Origin: a virus
Taxonomy: Duplodnaviria > Caudoviricetes
DNA length: 59,428 bases
Direction: 5' to 3' (one strand)
Virus record (IMG/VR): IMGVR_UViG_3300025379_000012
Coordinates: 1-59,428 of that record
In this document: positions 36,201 through 44,282 of the stretch, piece by piece
Position numbering within the stretch: the stretch's first letter is position 1
Layout of the letters: every line of letters starts with the position of its first letter
Notes under the pieces: model-generated
Databases searched by the model: none
What the model saw: only the letters and a program-made list of their open reading frames with translations
Told to the model about the DNA's origin: nothing
Made by a program: the position numbers and the translations under genes

Positions 36201-36490
36201 CTCTGCACTCAGAAAAAGATAAGCCATTGTTAACAACAAAAGACTTTTTTCATGAGTTTCATAAATTACGTAGAGAGTTTAATGCTCCAGAAGGTGGAGA
36301 CAGACGTGCGTTTGAATTAGCACAACCTGTACAAAAATTTGATCAAGAGTGGCTTGATAAAGTAATGCCGATTTATCTTGCAAGACGCAAACAACTAACT
36401 GGTAAGAAAAAAGGCGGAAGTGCAAGACTCTCCACAAATAAAGACATGATGCAATTAGAATTGATGCGCAAACCTAAAAAGGCTAAATGA
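33257..36490 (+). CDS. Large multidomain (polyvalent-type) protein
   Basis: FYSAL, LPGGENYRE.L, EELQSDWHQ, PDAPFK, GM..FYD domain; Q/P linker; further domains separated by xxGG motifs. Confidence 0.6.
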   Translation: MKELVGKGKPFYSALDRALETLPEKASPEQIVNHLIKMGVKPQEIIDRRMDKEVGAPLIPRERTVKLKKPDDKGRTEIVEPYFETTRVSGAKAIPRKVVSELAQKNPMVAPVEKVLGKMSDSEFLQRANDIAEQNFGVPYGQLDHEKQSSIEGYIDEDTSYHRAYTLPGGENYREMLIKAPKGGEEFPGVSNHFGGEPGILASMRLKDRIGPNGEKLLHLEELQSDWHQQGREVGYKRPNTGGLPELKEGWKYEDFNGKIGIRDPRGILAVAVEKPEDAIRYIRENGWAKPNSGVPDAPFKKNWEEMALKRLIHHAAEKGYHGIVVTPGHEQADRYSLAKHINELHLSGTNLVAYDHNGNEVIKKTGVTSQELPSLVGKETAEKLMAQQPQGTLRSLTGQNLEVGGEGMKGFYDKKVPNILNSIGKKYGVKTQLHAHPIKTEREQMVPDNAGLGMIRSGKPEYAHAHHFPITEEMRKDVLTNGLPLYAEGGGVPSQHRAQFEKTLADLKIRTELNKKYNDLYEKKRVENQPTIQEFYAMHGIQHKAEGGAVQPSLNHMRMALMTGGKIPYTDISNIGADEAPSMGVKAFINPNERNNMGPGGVQLPTGGIDMNPQQPGQQLMPQQPQQQPQGQPSPLSAGASSPLQQPPSNILQMTPQGQAMNAMTPPKQMAEGGEVEHMANGGYMTPEDHYHQLLMRHYMGDKLSKADNIALGLYHRVGGGKKLNKPIGEYQFNVAPNLNVNMAPEKIITPEDLFGGHGMPFIGDSSMAGRIITGAEGHQFDQPVEVEGGHDYMRANALHKDKSKRAIWASAPGKIKHLTQKAERLKTKGPVYGIHTGMSPTGVDFSHMPAEVLGEMVKKSKITKKSEKEFNKEMSARFKDFPGLMHEDLHEMLRAPGSGELRKHFVKRMATDKYQNAGFPEIAMARLAVQHPNLMQHDEPGKEYVGSSIGRFNPNYSLVDNPVNPHHSYPAVIGGEYVGALHSEKDKPLLTTKDFFHEFHKLRREFNAPEGGDRRAFELAQPVQKFDQEWLDKVMPIYLARRKQLTGKKKGGSARLSTNKDMMQLELMRKPKKAK

Positions 36491-38955
36491 TGGATCAAGA
36501 ACCAGAATACATTGAAAATGAAGACGGCAGTGCTAATGTCACTATGCCGGAAGAGGATCTTGACATTGAAGAGATGCCAGATGGGAGCGCGGTTGTAAAC
36601 ACGCCTAATGATGGCCCAGAAGAGAATCCTGATTTCTACGGCAACATGGCGGATGGTTACGCTGAGTATGAATTAAACACGTTAGCGTCAAGGTATATTG
36701 ATCTACTCAGAAAAGACAAAGACGCACGTGAGCAAAGAGATAAGCAGTATGAAGAGGGTATCCGCCGTACTGGTATGGGTAATGATGCGCCAGGTGGTGC
36801 AACGTTTATGGGTGCATCTAAAGTTGTTCACCCTGCTATGGCAGAAGGCTGTGTAGACTTTGCCGCCCGTGCAATTAAAGAGATGTTTCCGCCAGATGGT
36901 CCAGTCAGAACTAAGATCCTTGGCAAGATGGATGACATCAAAGCTGAGCGTGCTGAGCGTAAGCGCGATTATTTGAATTGGCAGATTACTGAGCAGATTG
37001 AAGAGTTTAGAGACGAGCAAGAGCAGTTGCTGACACAGTTACCGCTGGGTGGCTCACAGTACTTTAAGCTGTGGTTTGACGAAGAGAAAAAGCGCCCCTG
37101 CGTTGAATTCTTACCGATTGACCGAGTGATCCTGCCCTTTGCGGCATCAAACTTCTACACGGCTCAGCGTGCGGCTGAAGTACACGAGATAACGCACTGG
37201 GAGTTCAATCGCAGGATAGCAAGCGGTATGTACCGTGATGTGGACGTGACTAGGGCTACACAAGAGATTGAGCCTAACCGCGTACAAAAGGCTAATGACA
37301 AAATTGAAGGTAAGAAGTACGAAGACAATGAGGACGGACTCAGAAAGGTCTATCACATCTATACGTACTTAGAGATGGAAGAGGACAAGTACACCAAAGG
37401 CAAGATGGCACCGTACATCTTGATGGTGGACGAGTTAAACCACCAGGTGATTGGTCTGTACCGTAACTGGGAAGAGCAAGACGAAACCATGACCAAGTTG
37501 GACTGGATCGTTGAGTTCAAGTTTATACCTTGGAGGGGAGCATATGCAATCGGTTTACCTCATCTTATTGGTGGTCTTAGTGCCGCCCTTACTGGTTCGC
37601 TTCGCGCTTTACTTGATTCAGCGCATATCAATAACTCTGCAACGATGCTTAAGCTCAAAGGAGCAAAGATCAGCGGACAATCGCAACAAGTAGAAGTTAC
37701 GCAGATTGTTGAGATAGAGGGAGCCCCAGGCGTCCAAGACATCAGGCAGATTGCTATGCCTATGCCGTTCAACCCACCTAGCCAAGTTTTATTTGAACTA
37801 CTAGGATGGCTAGATACGGCCGCTAAGGGCGTTGTTAGCACAAGTGAAGAGAAGATAGCGGACATCAACCAAAACGCGCCTGTAGGTACCACGCAAGCTC
37901 TTATCGAGCAAGGCGCCGCAGTGTTTAGCGCGATTCATGCACGCTTACATGAGTCACAAGGCCGTGTACTCAAGATCCTTTGCAGGCTCAATCGATGGCA
38001 CTTGGATGAGATGCGCAAGTCTGAGATTGTTGCGGATCTAGAGATTAACAAAGAAGACTTCAGCCGTAACACGGACGTTGTACCTGTTTCTGATCCACAC
38101 ATCTTCTCTGAAACACAAAGGATGGCTCAAAATCAGGCTGTACTGGCACTTGCTGAGAAGCACCCAGAAGAGTTCAACATGAACAAAGTGTTGTCCAGGT
38201 TCCTCAAGCAGATGAAGGTGCCAGACATCAATGAGTTAATGAAAGATACTCCAGCGCCAGAACAACGGACAAGTGCGGACGAAAATGCGGCGATGTTGTT
38301 GGGTCAGCCTGCGTATGCTTATATGCAACAAGACCACATTGCGCATATTCAAGATCACTTGCAGTTTGGCATGAACCCATTCCTGGGTCAGTCACCCTTT
38401 GCTGATCCTAACTACCTGAACAACTTAATTGAACACATAAAACAACACATGACGCTTTGGTATCTTAATAGATCCAACGGCTATGTTGCGCAAGCCAACA
38501 AAGGTAAGCCAATCGACAACTACGACGATCCAAGACTTACATCGACCTACGACAAGCTGTACACAAGCGTTGGCGGTCACTTGAAGTTGGACACGCAAGA
38601 AACGTTTGAGCAGTTTGCACCGCAATTCCAGCAGTTGATCCAGCAGGCTCAGCAACGTGCACAAGCGGCGCAAGGACAGTTACCGCCAGATGCACAAGTT
38701 GTTAAAGACACAAGCATGGCTGAGACACAGCGTAAGGCGGCGGCAGACAAGGCTAAGCAAATGTTTGACCAGGCTAAGTTGGCGGCTGATGCTCAGAAAA
38801 ATCAAGTTGATAATCAAACAAAGATTGCAATTGAGAATGCTAAGCTGACTCATGAAGCGATAACAAACATGGTGCAATCATCACCACCCGCCGCACCCGC
38901 GGTACAACCGGCGCAACCGCCACAACCTGAAGGAGCCCCAAATGGCAACGTCTGA
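36487..38955 (+). CDS. Portal protein (P22-like, long C-terminal helix)
   Basis: 822 aa after the terminase region; VHP.MAE, F.ARA..E.FP..GPV, LPL.GS...K, APVGTT.AL.EQ, DV.PVSDP. Confidence 0.85.
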   Translation: MMDQEPEYIENEDGSANVTMPEEDLDIEEMPDGSAVVNTPNDGPEENPDFYGNMADGYAEYELNTLASRYIDLLRKDKDAREQRDKQYEEGIRRTGMGNDAPGGATFMGASKVVHPAMAEGCVDFAARAIKEMFPPDGPVRTKILGKMDDIKAERAERKRDYLNWQITEQIEEFRDEQEQLLTQLPLGGSQYFKLWFDEEKKRPCVEFLPIDRVILPFAASNFYTAQRAAEVHEITHWEFNRRIASGMYRDVDVTRATQEIEPNRVQKANDKIEGKKYEDNEDGLRKVYHIYTYLEMEEDKYTKGKMAPYILMVDELNHQVIGLYRNWEEQDETMTKLDWIVEFKFIPWRGAYAIGLPHLIGGLSAALTGSLRALLDSAHINNSATMLKLKGAKISGQSQQVEVTQIVEIEGAPGVQDIRQIAMPMPFNPPSQVLFELLGWLDTAAKGVVSTSEEKIADINQNAPVGTTQALIEQGAAVFSAIHARLHESQGRVLKILCRLNRWHLDEMRKSEIVADLEINKEDFSRNTDVVPVSDPHIFSETQRMAQNQAVLALAEKHPEEFNMNKVLSRFLKQMKVPDINELMKDTPAPEQRTSADENAAMLLGQPAYAYMQQDHIAHIQDHLQFGMNPFLGQSPFADPNYLNNLIEHIKQHMTLWYLNRSNGYVAQANKGKPIDNYDDPRLTSTYDKLYTSVGGHLKLDTQETFEQFAPQFQQLIQQAQQRAQAAQGQLPPDAQVVKDTSMAETQRKAAADKAKQMFDQAKLAADAQKNQVDNQTKIAIENAKLTHEAITNMVQSSPPAAPAVQPAQPPQPEGAPNGNV

Positions 38956-39097
38956 TGCAGAACAAAAGAGTGACATGGTACGTTACCGTACCCGTATGGC
39001 CCAAGGCGTAAAGCTTGACGGCACAAGCCTACAACCCAAAGGCGGTAATCAGCCTAAGAAGCCACAAGGCGGATTAGCACACGCTAAAAAGAAATGA
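38942..39097 (+). CDS. 51-aa basic hypothetical protein
   Basis: RBS AAGGAG; MATSDAEQKSDMVRYRTRMAQG... Confidence 0.6.
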   Translation: MATSDAEQKSDMVRYRTRMAQGVKLDGTSLQPKGGNQPKKPQGGLAHAKKK

Positions 39098-39273
39098 TTT
39101 CAGCTCTGATCCATGTGATCAAACTGCACCAAGCTGAAATAGGAGCGGCTCTAGCGGACGGCAATGCCAGTACGTGGGAGTCGTATCAACGCATGGTTGG
39201 CGAGAATCAGGGGCTCAAGTATGTCCTTGATCAAATAAACCGCATGTTAGACGAAGAACGAAACCAAGAATAA
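39094..39273 (+). CDS. 59-aa hypothetical protein
   Basis: ATGA overlap; WESYQRMVGENQGL. Confidence 0.65.
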   Translation: MISALIHVIKLHQAEIGAALADGNASTWESYQRMVGENQGLKYVLDQINRMLDEERNQE

Positions 39274-39351
39274 GTCCCCCTAAAGGACTGAGGCCGCGCT
39301 GAAAAGCGCTTTAACGATGCACCTGAAATATGGTGATTTTTAGGAGTTAGT

Positions 39352-39816
39352 ATGAGTGAAGCAAACGAACCGATTCAAATTATCGGTGGTAGTGAAGGTG
39401 TGTCCGATCCAACTGAGTTGGCATGGGCATTCCCAGACGTAAACCCTGGACAACGTCCATACGGTGGTCGAGTGATTGTGCAACTGCGTCGAATTAAAAA
39501 GAAACGTGGCCGTATCATCATTGTTGATGAAACCAAAGAAAACGAAAAGTGGAACAACATGATCGGTAAGATCGTGGCGATTGGTCCATTGGCGTTTAAG
39601 AACAAAGACACTATGCAACCCTGGGTCGAAGGCTCTTGGGCTGAGATTGGTGACTATGTTCGCGTGCCTAGGTGGGGCGGAGATCGTTGGGAGCGATTAG
39701 TTCCTGGCGAGGCTAACGAAGAGTACCCAGACCCAGTGCTATTCATGACAATCAACGACCATGAACTGATTGCGGCGGTCACAGATGACCCGCTATCGTT
39801 CAAAGTTTACGTATAA
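39352..39816 (+). CDS. GroES/Cpn10-like co-chaperonin
   Basis: RP.GGRVIV, IIIVDE, GKIVAIGPLA, IGDYV, INDHELIA. Confidence 0.8.
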   Translation: MSEANEPIQIIGGSEGVSDPTELAWAFPDVNPGQRPYGGRVIVQLRRIKKKRGRIIIVDETKENEKWNNMIGKIVAIGPLAFKNKDTMQPWVEGSWAEIGDYVRVPRWGGDRWERLVPGEANEEYPDPVLFMTINDHELIAAVTDDPLSFKVYV

Positions 39817-39828
39817 AAGGACACAATC

Positions 39829-40821
39829 ATGGCAACTGATACAAAAGATTCAGCAGAACTGGACATTTTGGAAGAGAAAGACGGTTCTGCGGTGGTAGAT
39901 ATACCCGCAGATATGAACATTGGCGACGATGTTGAGGTCGAAAACGCGATTGAATCGCGCTCCGAAGAGCCTCCAAAGGCTGAAAACGAAGATGACGACC
40001 ACCCAGACGACGATGAAGCGCTCAGAGCGGCCAAAAGAAACCGTCGTAGGGCTAAAAAAGACCTAATCCGCAAGACAAACGAAGAAAAAGACCTGCGTTT
40101 ACAGCAATTACAGCGTGAAAACGAGGAATTCAAGCGTCGTTTATCCAATGTTGAGGATAGAACACGTCAAAACGACATTTTGCGTATAGAAAAGAACATA
40201 GAAGATAGCCAAGTACGCTTGGAATACGCAAAAATGAAGTTAGCAGAGGCTGTAAGCTCTAATGACGGCCAGGCTATGGTAGAGGCGCAAGACCTTTTTA
40301 CCACTGCTAAGCAAGAAATAGCTGAGTTACAACAGTACAAGAATCGTATGGCTGAACAGCCACGACAACAACAAAGAAACGATGATGTTGCAATGCCTGA
40401 TCCTTCAGTTCAGCGCAACGCGGCAGAGTGGATGCGTCGTAATTCTTGGTATAACCCGAACTCAAGTGACCGCGATGTCATGGTGGCAAAGAAGCACGAT
40501 GAAGCGATGGTTGCAGAGGGATGGGATCCGTCCGATAAAGATTATTGGGAAGAATTAGATAGTCGCTTGCAAAAAGCACTGCCACATCGTTACAATGCAT
40601 CAACGGACAGTGATTCTGTTGTTCGTAAACCGAGGAACGTTGTGGGAAGTTCTGGACGAGAAGCATCGGCGGCCTATGGGGGCAGAAATAACTCCCAGTT
40701 CGTGCTTTCACCTGAGAGGGTAAGGGCAATGAAGGAAGCAGGCGCTTGGGACAATCCAGTTCGCAAAAAAGCAATGGTCGAAAGCTTCATGAAGTACGAC
40801 CGTCAAAACCGCAATAACTAA
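39829..40821 (+). CDS. Putative capsid scaffolding protein
   Basis: Acidic N-terminus, long coiled coil, W..RNSWY, YWEELD.RL; upstream of MCP. Confidence 0.65.
   Translation: MATDTKDSAELDILEEKDGSAVVDIPADMNIGDDVEVENAIESRSEEPPKAENEDDDHPDDDEALRAAKRNRRRAKKDLIRKTNEEKDLRLQQLQRENEEFKRRLSNVEDRTRQNDILRIEKNIEDSQVRLEYAKMKLAEAVSSNDGQAMVEAQDLFTTAKQEIAELQQYKNRMAEQPRQQQRNDDVAMPDPSVQRNAAEWMRRNSWYNPNSSDRDVMVAKKHDEAMVAEGWDPSDKDYWEELDSRLQKALPHRYNASTDSDSVVRKPRNVVGSSGREASAAYGGRNNSQFVLSPERVRAMKEAGAWDNPVRKKAMVESFMKYDRQNRNN
39945..39959. repeat. Dispersed palindrome copy 7
   Basis: CGCGATTGAATCGCG read directly. Confidence 0.95.
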
Positions 40822-40838
40822 TACTTGGAGAATAAATT

Positions 40839-41384
40839 ATGGAATCACGTCTTAAAAAATCTTTGAAGGCTGGCGCACGCGAAGACCGTTCTAACGGGGA
40901 AGCAAGTCACCAGGCTCCAGAAGACAAGTTCATTTCTGCGCAGGAACGTCGAAAGATGTGGAGCGAGGAGTGGACGCAATCAGCACTGCCAAAACTGCCC
41001 AATATGGATGGGTGGCACCTTTGCTGGCTTTCGACAACCAACACTTACGATTCAATCGATAAGCGGATTCGCCTAGGATACGTTCCAGTTAAGTCTGAAG
41101 AGTTACCAGGTTATGAAGATTATCGGGTTAAGTCAGGTGAGCATGTTGGGTATATTTCGTGCAACGAGATGTTATTGTTCAAGTTGCCCATGGATATTTA
41201 CCAAGAGGTTATGACGCATATGCACCATGACAAACCTCGTGAAGAAGCGGACAAAATCCGTGTTCAATTGGAAAGTCTCCAGGGTCAAAGAGATAGTAAT
41301 GGTCGTTCGCTTGTAAATGTCGAGGGCGAGGGTATTGGTAGTATTGATCAACAACCAAGCAAATTGCCCGTATTTTCGGGTTAA
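40839..41384 (+). CDS. Conserved head-module hypothetical protein
   Basis: 181 aa between scaffold and capsid genes. Confidence 0.65.
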   Translation: MESRLKKSLKAGAREDRSNGEASHQAPEDKFISAQERRKMWSEEWTQSALPKLPNMDGWHLCWLSTTNTYDSIDKRIRLGYVPVKSEELPGYEDYRVKSGEHVGYISCNEMLLFKLPMDIYQEVMTHMHHDKPREEADKIRVQLESLQGQRDSNGRSLVNVEGEGIGSIDQQPSKLPVFSG

Positions 41385-41397
41385 CTAAGGAGAAATC

Positions 41398-42030
41398 ATG
41401 AGTTCAACCTCTGCTCCGTTCGGCTTGCGTCCTGCGTTCCACCCCTCTGGTCTGGATCGCGCACAAGCGCTCGCTAACGGAATCACTTCTGGATTGGCTG
41501 TCAATATATTGAAAGGCCAACCTGTATGTTACGCAACATCTGACACAGTAGGATCTACTGGTGCCGCTAACGGTACTATTATTCCTGCGGCAACCCCTGG
41601 CAACAGTGCGGCAACAGCGGCTTATAAAGTAGCTGGTGCATTCTCTGGTGTTGAGTGGACAGATACAACTGGACGTCGTCGTGTATCCAACTACTGGCCT
41701 TCTGGAACATCGTTCCAAACTGGTTCATGCGTTGCTTACTTCTACAACGATCCAATCATCGTCTATGAAATCCAGGCTGATGGATCTATGGCGCAAACCA
41801 CAATCGGTGGCGAGTACAACTTCAGTAACATTACCTCTGGTTCAACAACCACTGGTTTGTCACAGTGCACATTGGCTTCTGCATCCGCTCAATCGAACGG
41901 TGCACAAGGTCAAATGCGCGTCGTTGATCTAGCACCATATGTGGACAACGCTTGGGGTGACTCTTACACGATCGTTCGTGTACAGTTGTCATATACACAA
42001 TTCACTGCGGCAACAACTGCTGTCGTATAA
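41398..42030 (+). CDS. Capsid decoration/cement protein
   Basis: APFGLRP N-terminus, G.F.GVE.TD, DP.IVYEIQAD; precedes MCP. Confidence 0.65.
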   Translation: MSSTSAPFGLRPAFHPSGLDRAQALANGITSGLAVNILKGQPVCYATSDTVGSTGAANGTIIPAATPGNSAATAAYKVAGAFSGVEWTDTTGRRRVSNYWPSGTSFQTGSCVAYFYNDPIIVYEIQADGSMAQTTIGGEYNFSNITSGSTTTGLSQCTLASASAQSNGAQGQMRVVDLAPYVDNAWGDSYTIVRVQLSYTQFTAATTAVV

Positions 42031-42040
42031 GGAGTAAATT

Positions 42041-42955
42041 ATGGCCGCACCAATGCGAAGTACGGACTTTAGATCAATCGTTGAGCCAATTCTTAACGAG
42101 TGTTTCGATGGAGTCTATGACCAACGTGCCGACGAGTGGAGCCGTGTGTTCCGCGAAGAAGACGGTATTCCACGTAATTATCACGAAGAGCCAGTCCTTT
42201 ATGGATTTGGAGCCGCACCACAATTGCCTGACGGTACACCAGTAACGTATCAGCAAGGTGGCGTACTCTTCCTCAAGCGCTATGTGTACAAAGTGTATGG
42301 CCTCGCCTTCGCTTTGACCAAAGTGCTCGTAGAAGACGGCGATCACATCCGTATCGGTCAAGTTTATGCACGTCACTTGGCACAATCTTTAGTTGAGACT
42401 AAAGAACTGTTGTCAGCTAACGTTCTAAACACAGCGTTCAACTCCTCTTATCCAGGTGGTGACGGTGTATCTTTGATCAATACTGCTCACCCAATCGTGA
42501 ACGGTACATTCTCTAACCAGTTGTCTACAGCCGCAGTGTTGTCACAGACTTCTTTAGAGCAAATGTTGATCCAGATCCGCCAAGCTGTTGACAACAACGG
42601 TAAGCGTATCCGTTTGGTACCACGTCAATTAGTCGTGGCTCCAGGCAACATTTTCCAAGCTGAAGTATTGTTGAAATCTGTACTACGTACAGGTAACGCC
42701 AACAACGACATCAACCCAATCAAGTCTATTGGCTTGCTTGACGAAGGTGCCGCAGTTCTGTCACGTTTGACTTCATCTACCGCATGGTGGGTACAGACAG
42801 ACGCTCCAGAAGGCTTCAAGCTCTTAATGCGTCGTCATCTTGAGAAAACCATGGAAGGTGATTTCGAGACTGACTCTATGCGTTATAAGGCTACTGAGCG
42901 TTACGACGTTGGTTATACTGACCCACGTTGTGCTTACGGTACACCTGGCGTGTAA
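42041..42955 (+). CDS. Major capsid protein (HK97 fold, Mu gpT-like family)
   Basis: 304 aa, strong RBS; GGDGVSL....HP, P..LVV.P, GDFETDSMRYKATERY; followed by a terminator. Confidence 0.85.
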   Translation: MAAPMRSTDFRSIVEPILNECFDGVYDQRADEWSRVFREEDGIPRNYHEEPVLYGFGAAPQLPDGTPVTYQQGGVLFLKRYVYKVYGLAFALTKVLVEDGDHIRIGQVYARHLAQSLVETKELLSANVLNTAFNSSYPGGDGVSLINTAHPIVNGTFSNQLSTAAVLSQTSLEQMLIQIRQAVDNNGKRIRLVPRQLVVAPGNIFQAEVLLKSVLRTGNANNDINPIKSIGLLDEGAAVLSRLTSSTAWWVQTDAPEGFKLLMRRHLEKTMEGDFETDSMRYKATERYDVGYTDPRCAYGTPGV

Positions 42956-42961
42956 TCGAAC

Positions 42962-42993
42962 AGGGGGTTGGAGAAATCCTTCCCCCTTTTTTT
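42962..42993 (+). terminator. Rho-independent terminator after MCP
   Basis: AGGGGG-TT-GGA-GAAA-TCC-TT-CCCCCT + T-tract. Confidence 0.75.
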
Positions 42994-43025
42994 CTAAATG
43001 ATCAAGCTTTTCAAGGAGAAGATCA

Positions 43026-44270
43026 ATGCCTCAATTTCAAGATGATATTTTCGTAGGTGGTATTCAAGGCCAAACCTACATGGGTACTGGTGCTTATGCA
43101 TCAAACGCGGTTTTCTCAGGAACAATCGCATCAACAACATTAACAGTTACTGCTTTACTGTCTGGCGACGCACTCGTTGTAGGCCAGTACATTACAGGTT
43201 CAGGCGTAACAGCTAATTCCTACATTTCAGCATCCACAGGCCAAAACAGCCTCGGACAGAATACATATACATTGTCACAGTCATCAACAGTTAGTTCTGC
43301 TGTAACAATGTACGCCGCTGGAAATGCTTTGTTAGGCGATCCAAGCCCAATGTCTTTAGGCGTTGGACCACTAGGTCGTGTATATGTTTGGGACACAATT
43401 CCACAGACATTACAAGCCGCAAACATTGCCGCGTCACAAACCCCTGCCGCCGCTGGTAACTTAACACTTACAGCGGGAACATCCGCAACTTCAGTTGTAC
43501 GTTCTAACGGCGTTACAGCGATTCAAGTTGACGTTCCACGTGCATTGACAATCACAACTGGTACAGCGGCCGCTTCTACATTAGCAGGCGTTGCGATTAC
43601 TGGTACAGGTGGTCAAATTTCTTACACATCACAAGCTGGTCTAGTTTCAGGTCAATACCTAACTATCTCTGGTACTTTGGGTGGAACAGGTTCTATCACT
43701 GGTTACAGCAACCCAACAACATACGTGTTGACTGCTGTTACAGCGACTACAGCTACATTGACAACTACAGCCGGTGCGGCAGTTGTTACTACAGCCGGTA
43801 CGCCAACAGGATTGACCTACACACTAGGCGTTGCACCAGTTACAGCAACAATCAGCGGTTACGATTACTACGGTCAAGCAATGACACAAGCAATCACAAC
43901 TAGCTCATCTGTTTCTACTGCTGTTACAACAACCAAGGCTTTCTATCAGATCACTCAAGTGGCTGTAAGCGGTGCTACTGGCACAACTTTGACAGTTGGT
44001 ACATCTGATACGCTAGGTTTACCAGTGCGTGTAATCGACGCAGGATACGTAATCAGCGTTGGATGGAACAACACTTTAGCTCGCGATACTGGTACATTAA
44101 CTGTAGCGGCAACAGCAACAGCAACAAGTACAACTGGCGACGTCCGCGGTACTTATGCTGTAGGAACATCAAACGGATCTAAACGTCTGGTTATGTCCAT
44201 AGCGATGCCTGCGATTGCAGTTGGTCCTAACGCTACTCGCGTTGGTGCTCTTGGTGTTACTCAAGCCTAA
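43026..44270 (+). CDS. Virion structural/decoration protein with inserted beta modules
   Basis: T/A/G-rich; shares modules with the 6777 and 8210 proteins. Confidence 0.6.
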   Translation: MPQFQDDIFVGGIQGQTYMGTGAYASNAVFSGTIASTTLTVTALLSGDALVVGQYITGSGVTANSYISASTGQNSLGQNTYTLSQSSTVSSAVTMYAAGNALLGDPSPMSLGVGPLGRVYVWDTIPQTLQAANIAASQTPAAAGNLTLTAGTSATSVVRSNGVTAIQVDVPRALTITTGTAAASTLAGVAITGTGGQISYTSQAGLVSGQYLTISGTLGGTGSITGYSNPTTYVLTAVTATTATLTTTAGAAVVTTAGTPTGLTYTLGVAPVTATISGYDYYGQAMTQAITTSSSVSTAVTTTKAFYQITQVAVSGATGTTLTVGTSDTLGLPVRVIDAGYVISVGWNNTLARDTGTLTVAATATATSTTGDVRGTYAVGTSNGSKRLVMSIAMPAIAVGPNATRVGALGVTQA

Positions 44271-44282
44271 TAGGGGAACAAT

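Noticed and set aside
39285-39335. Hammerhead ribozyme (CTGA...GAAA)
   Set aside because: It lacks the CUGANGA core and the required three-stem arrangement.
41048-41058. Ninth palindrome copy (core CGATTCAATCG), plus half-sites near 7217, 10420, 36963 and 51460
   Set aside because: Only 11 bp or fewer match, so they could arise by chance; not counted without a PWM scan.
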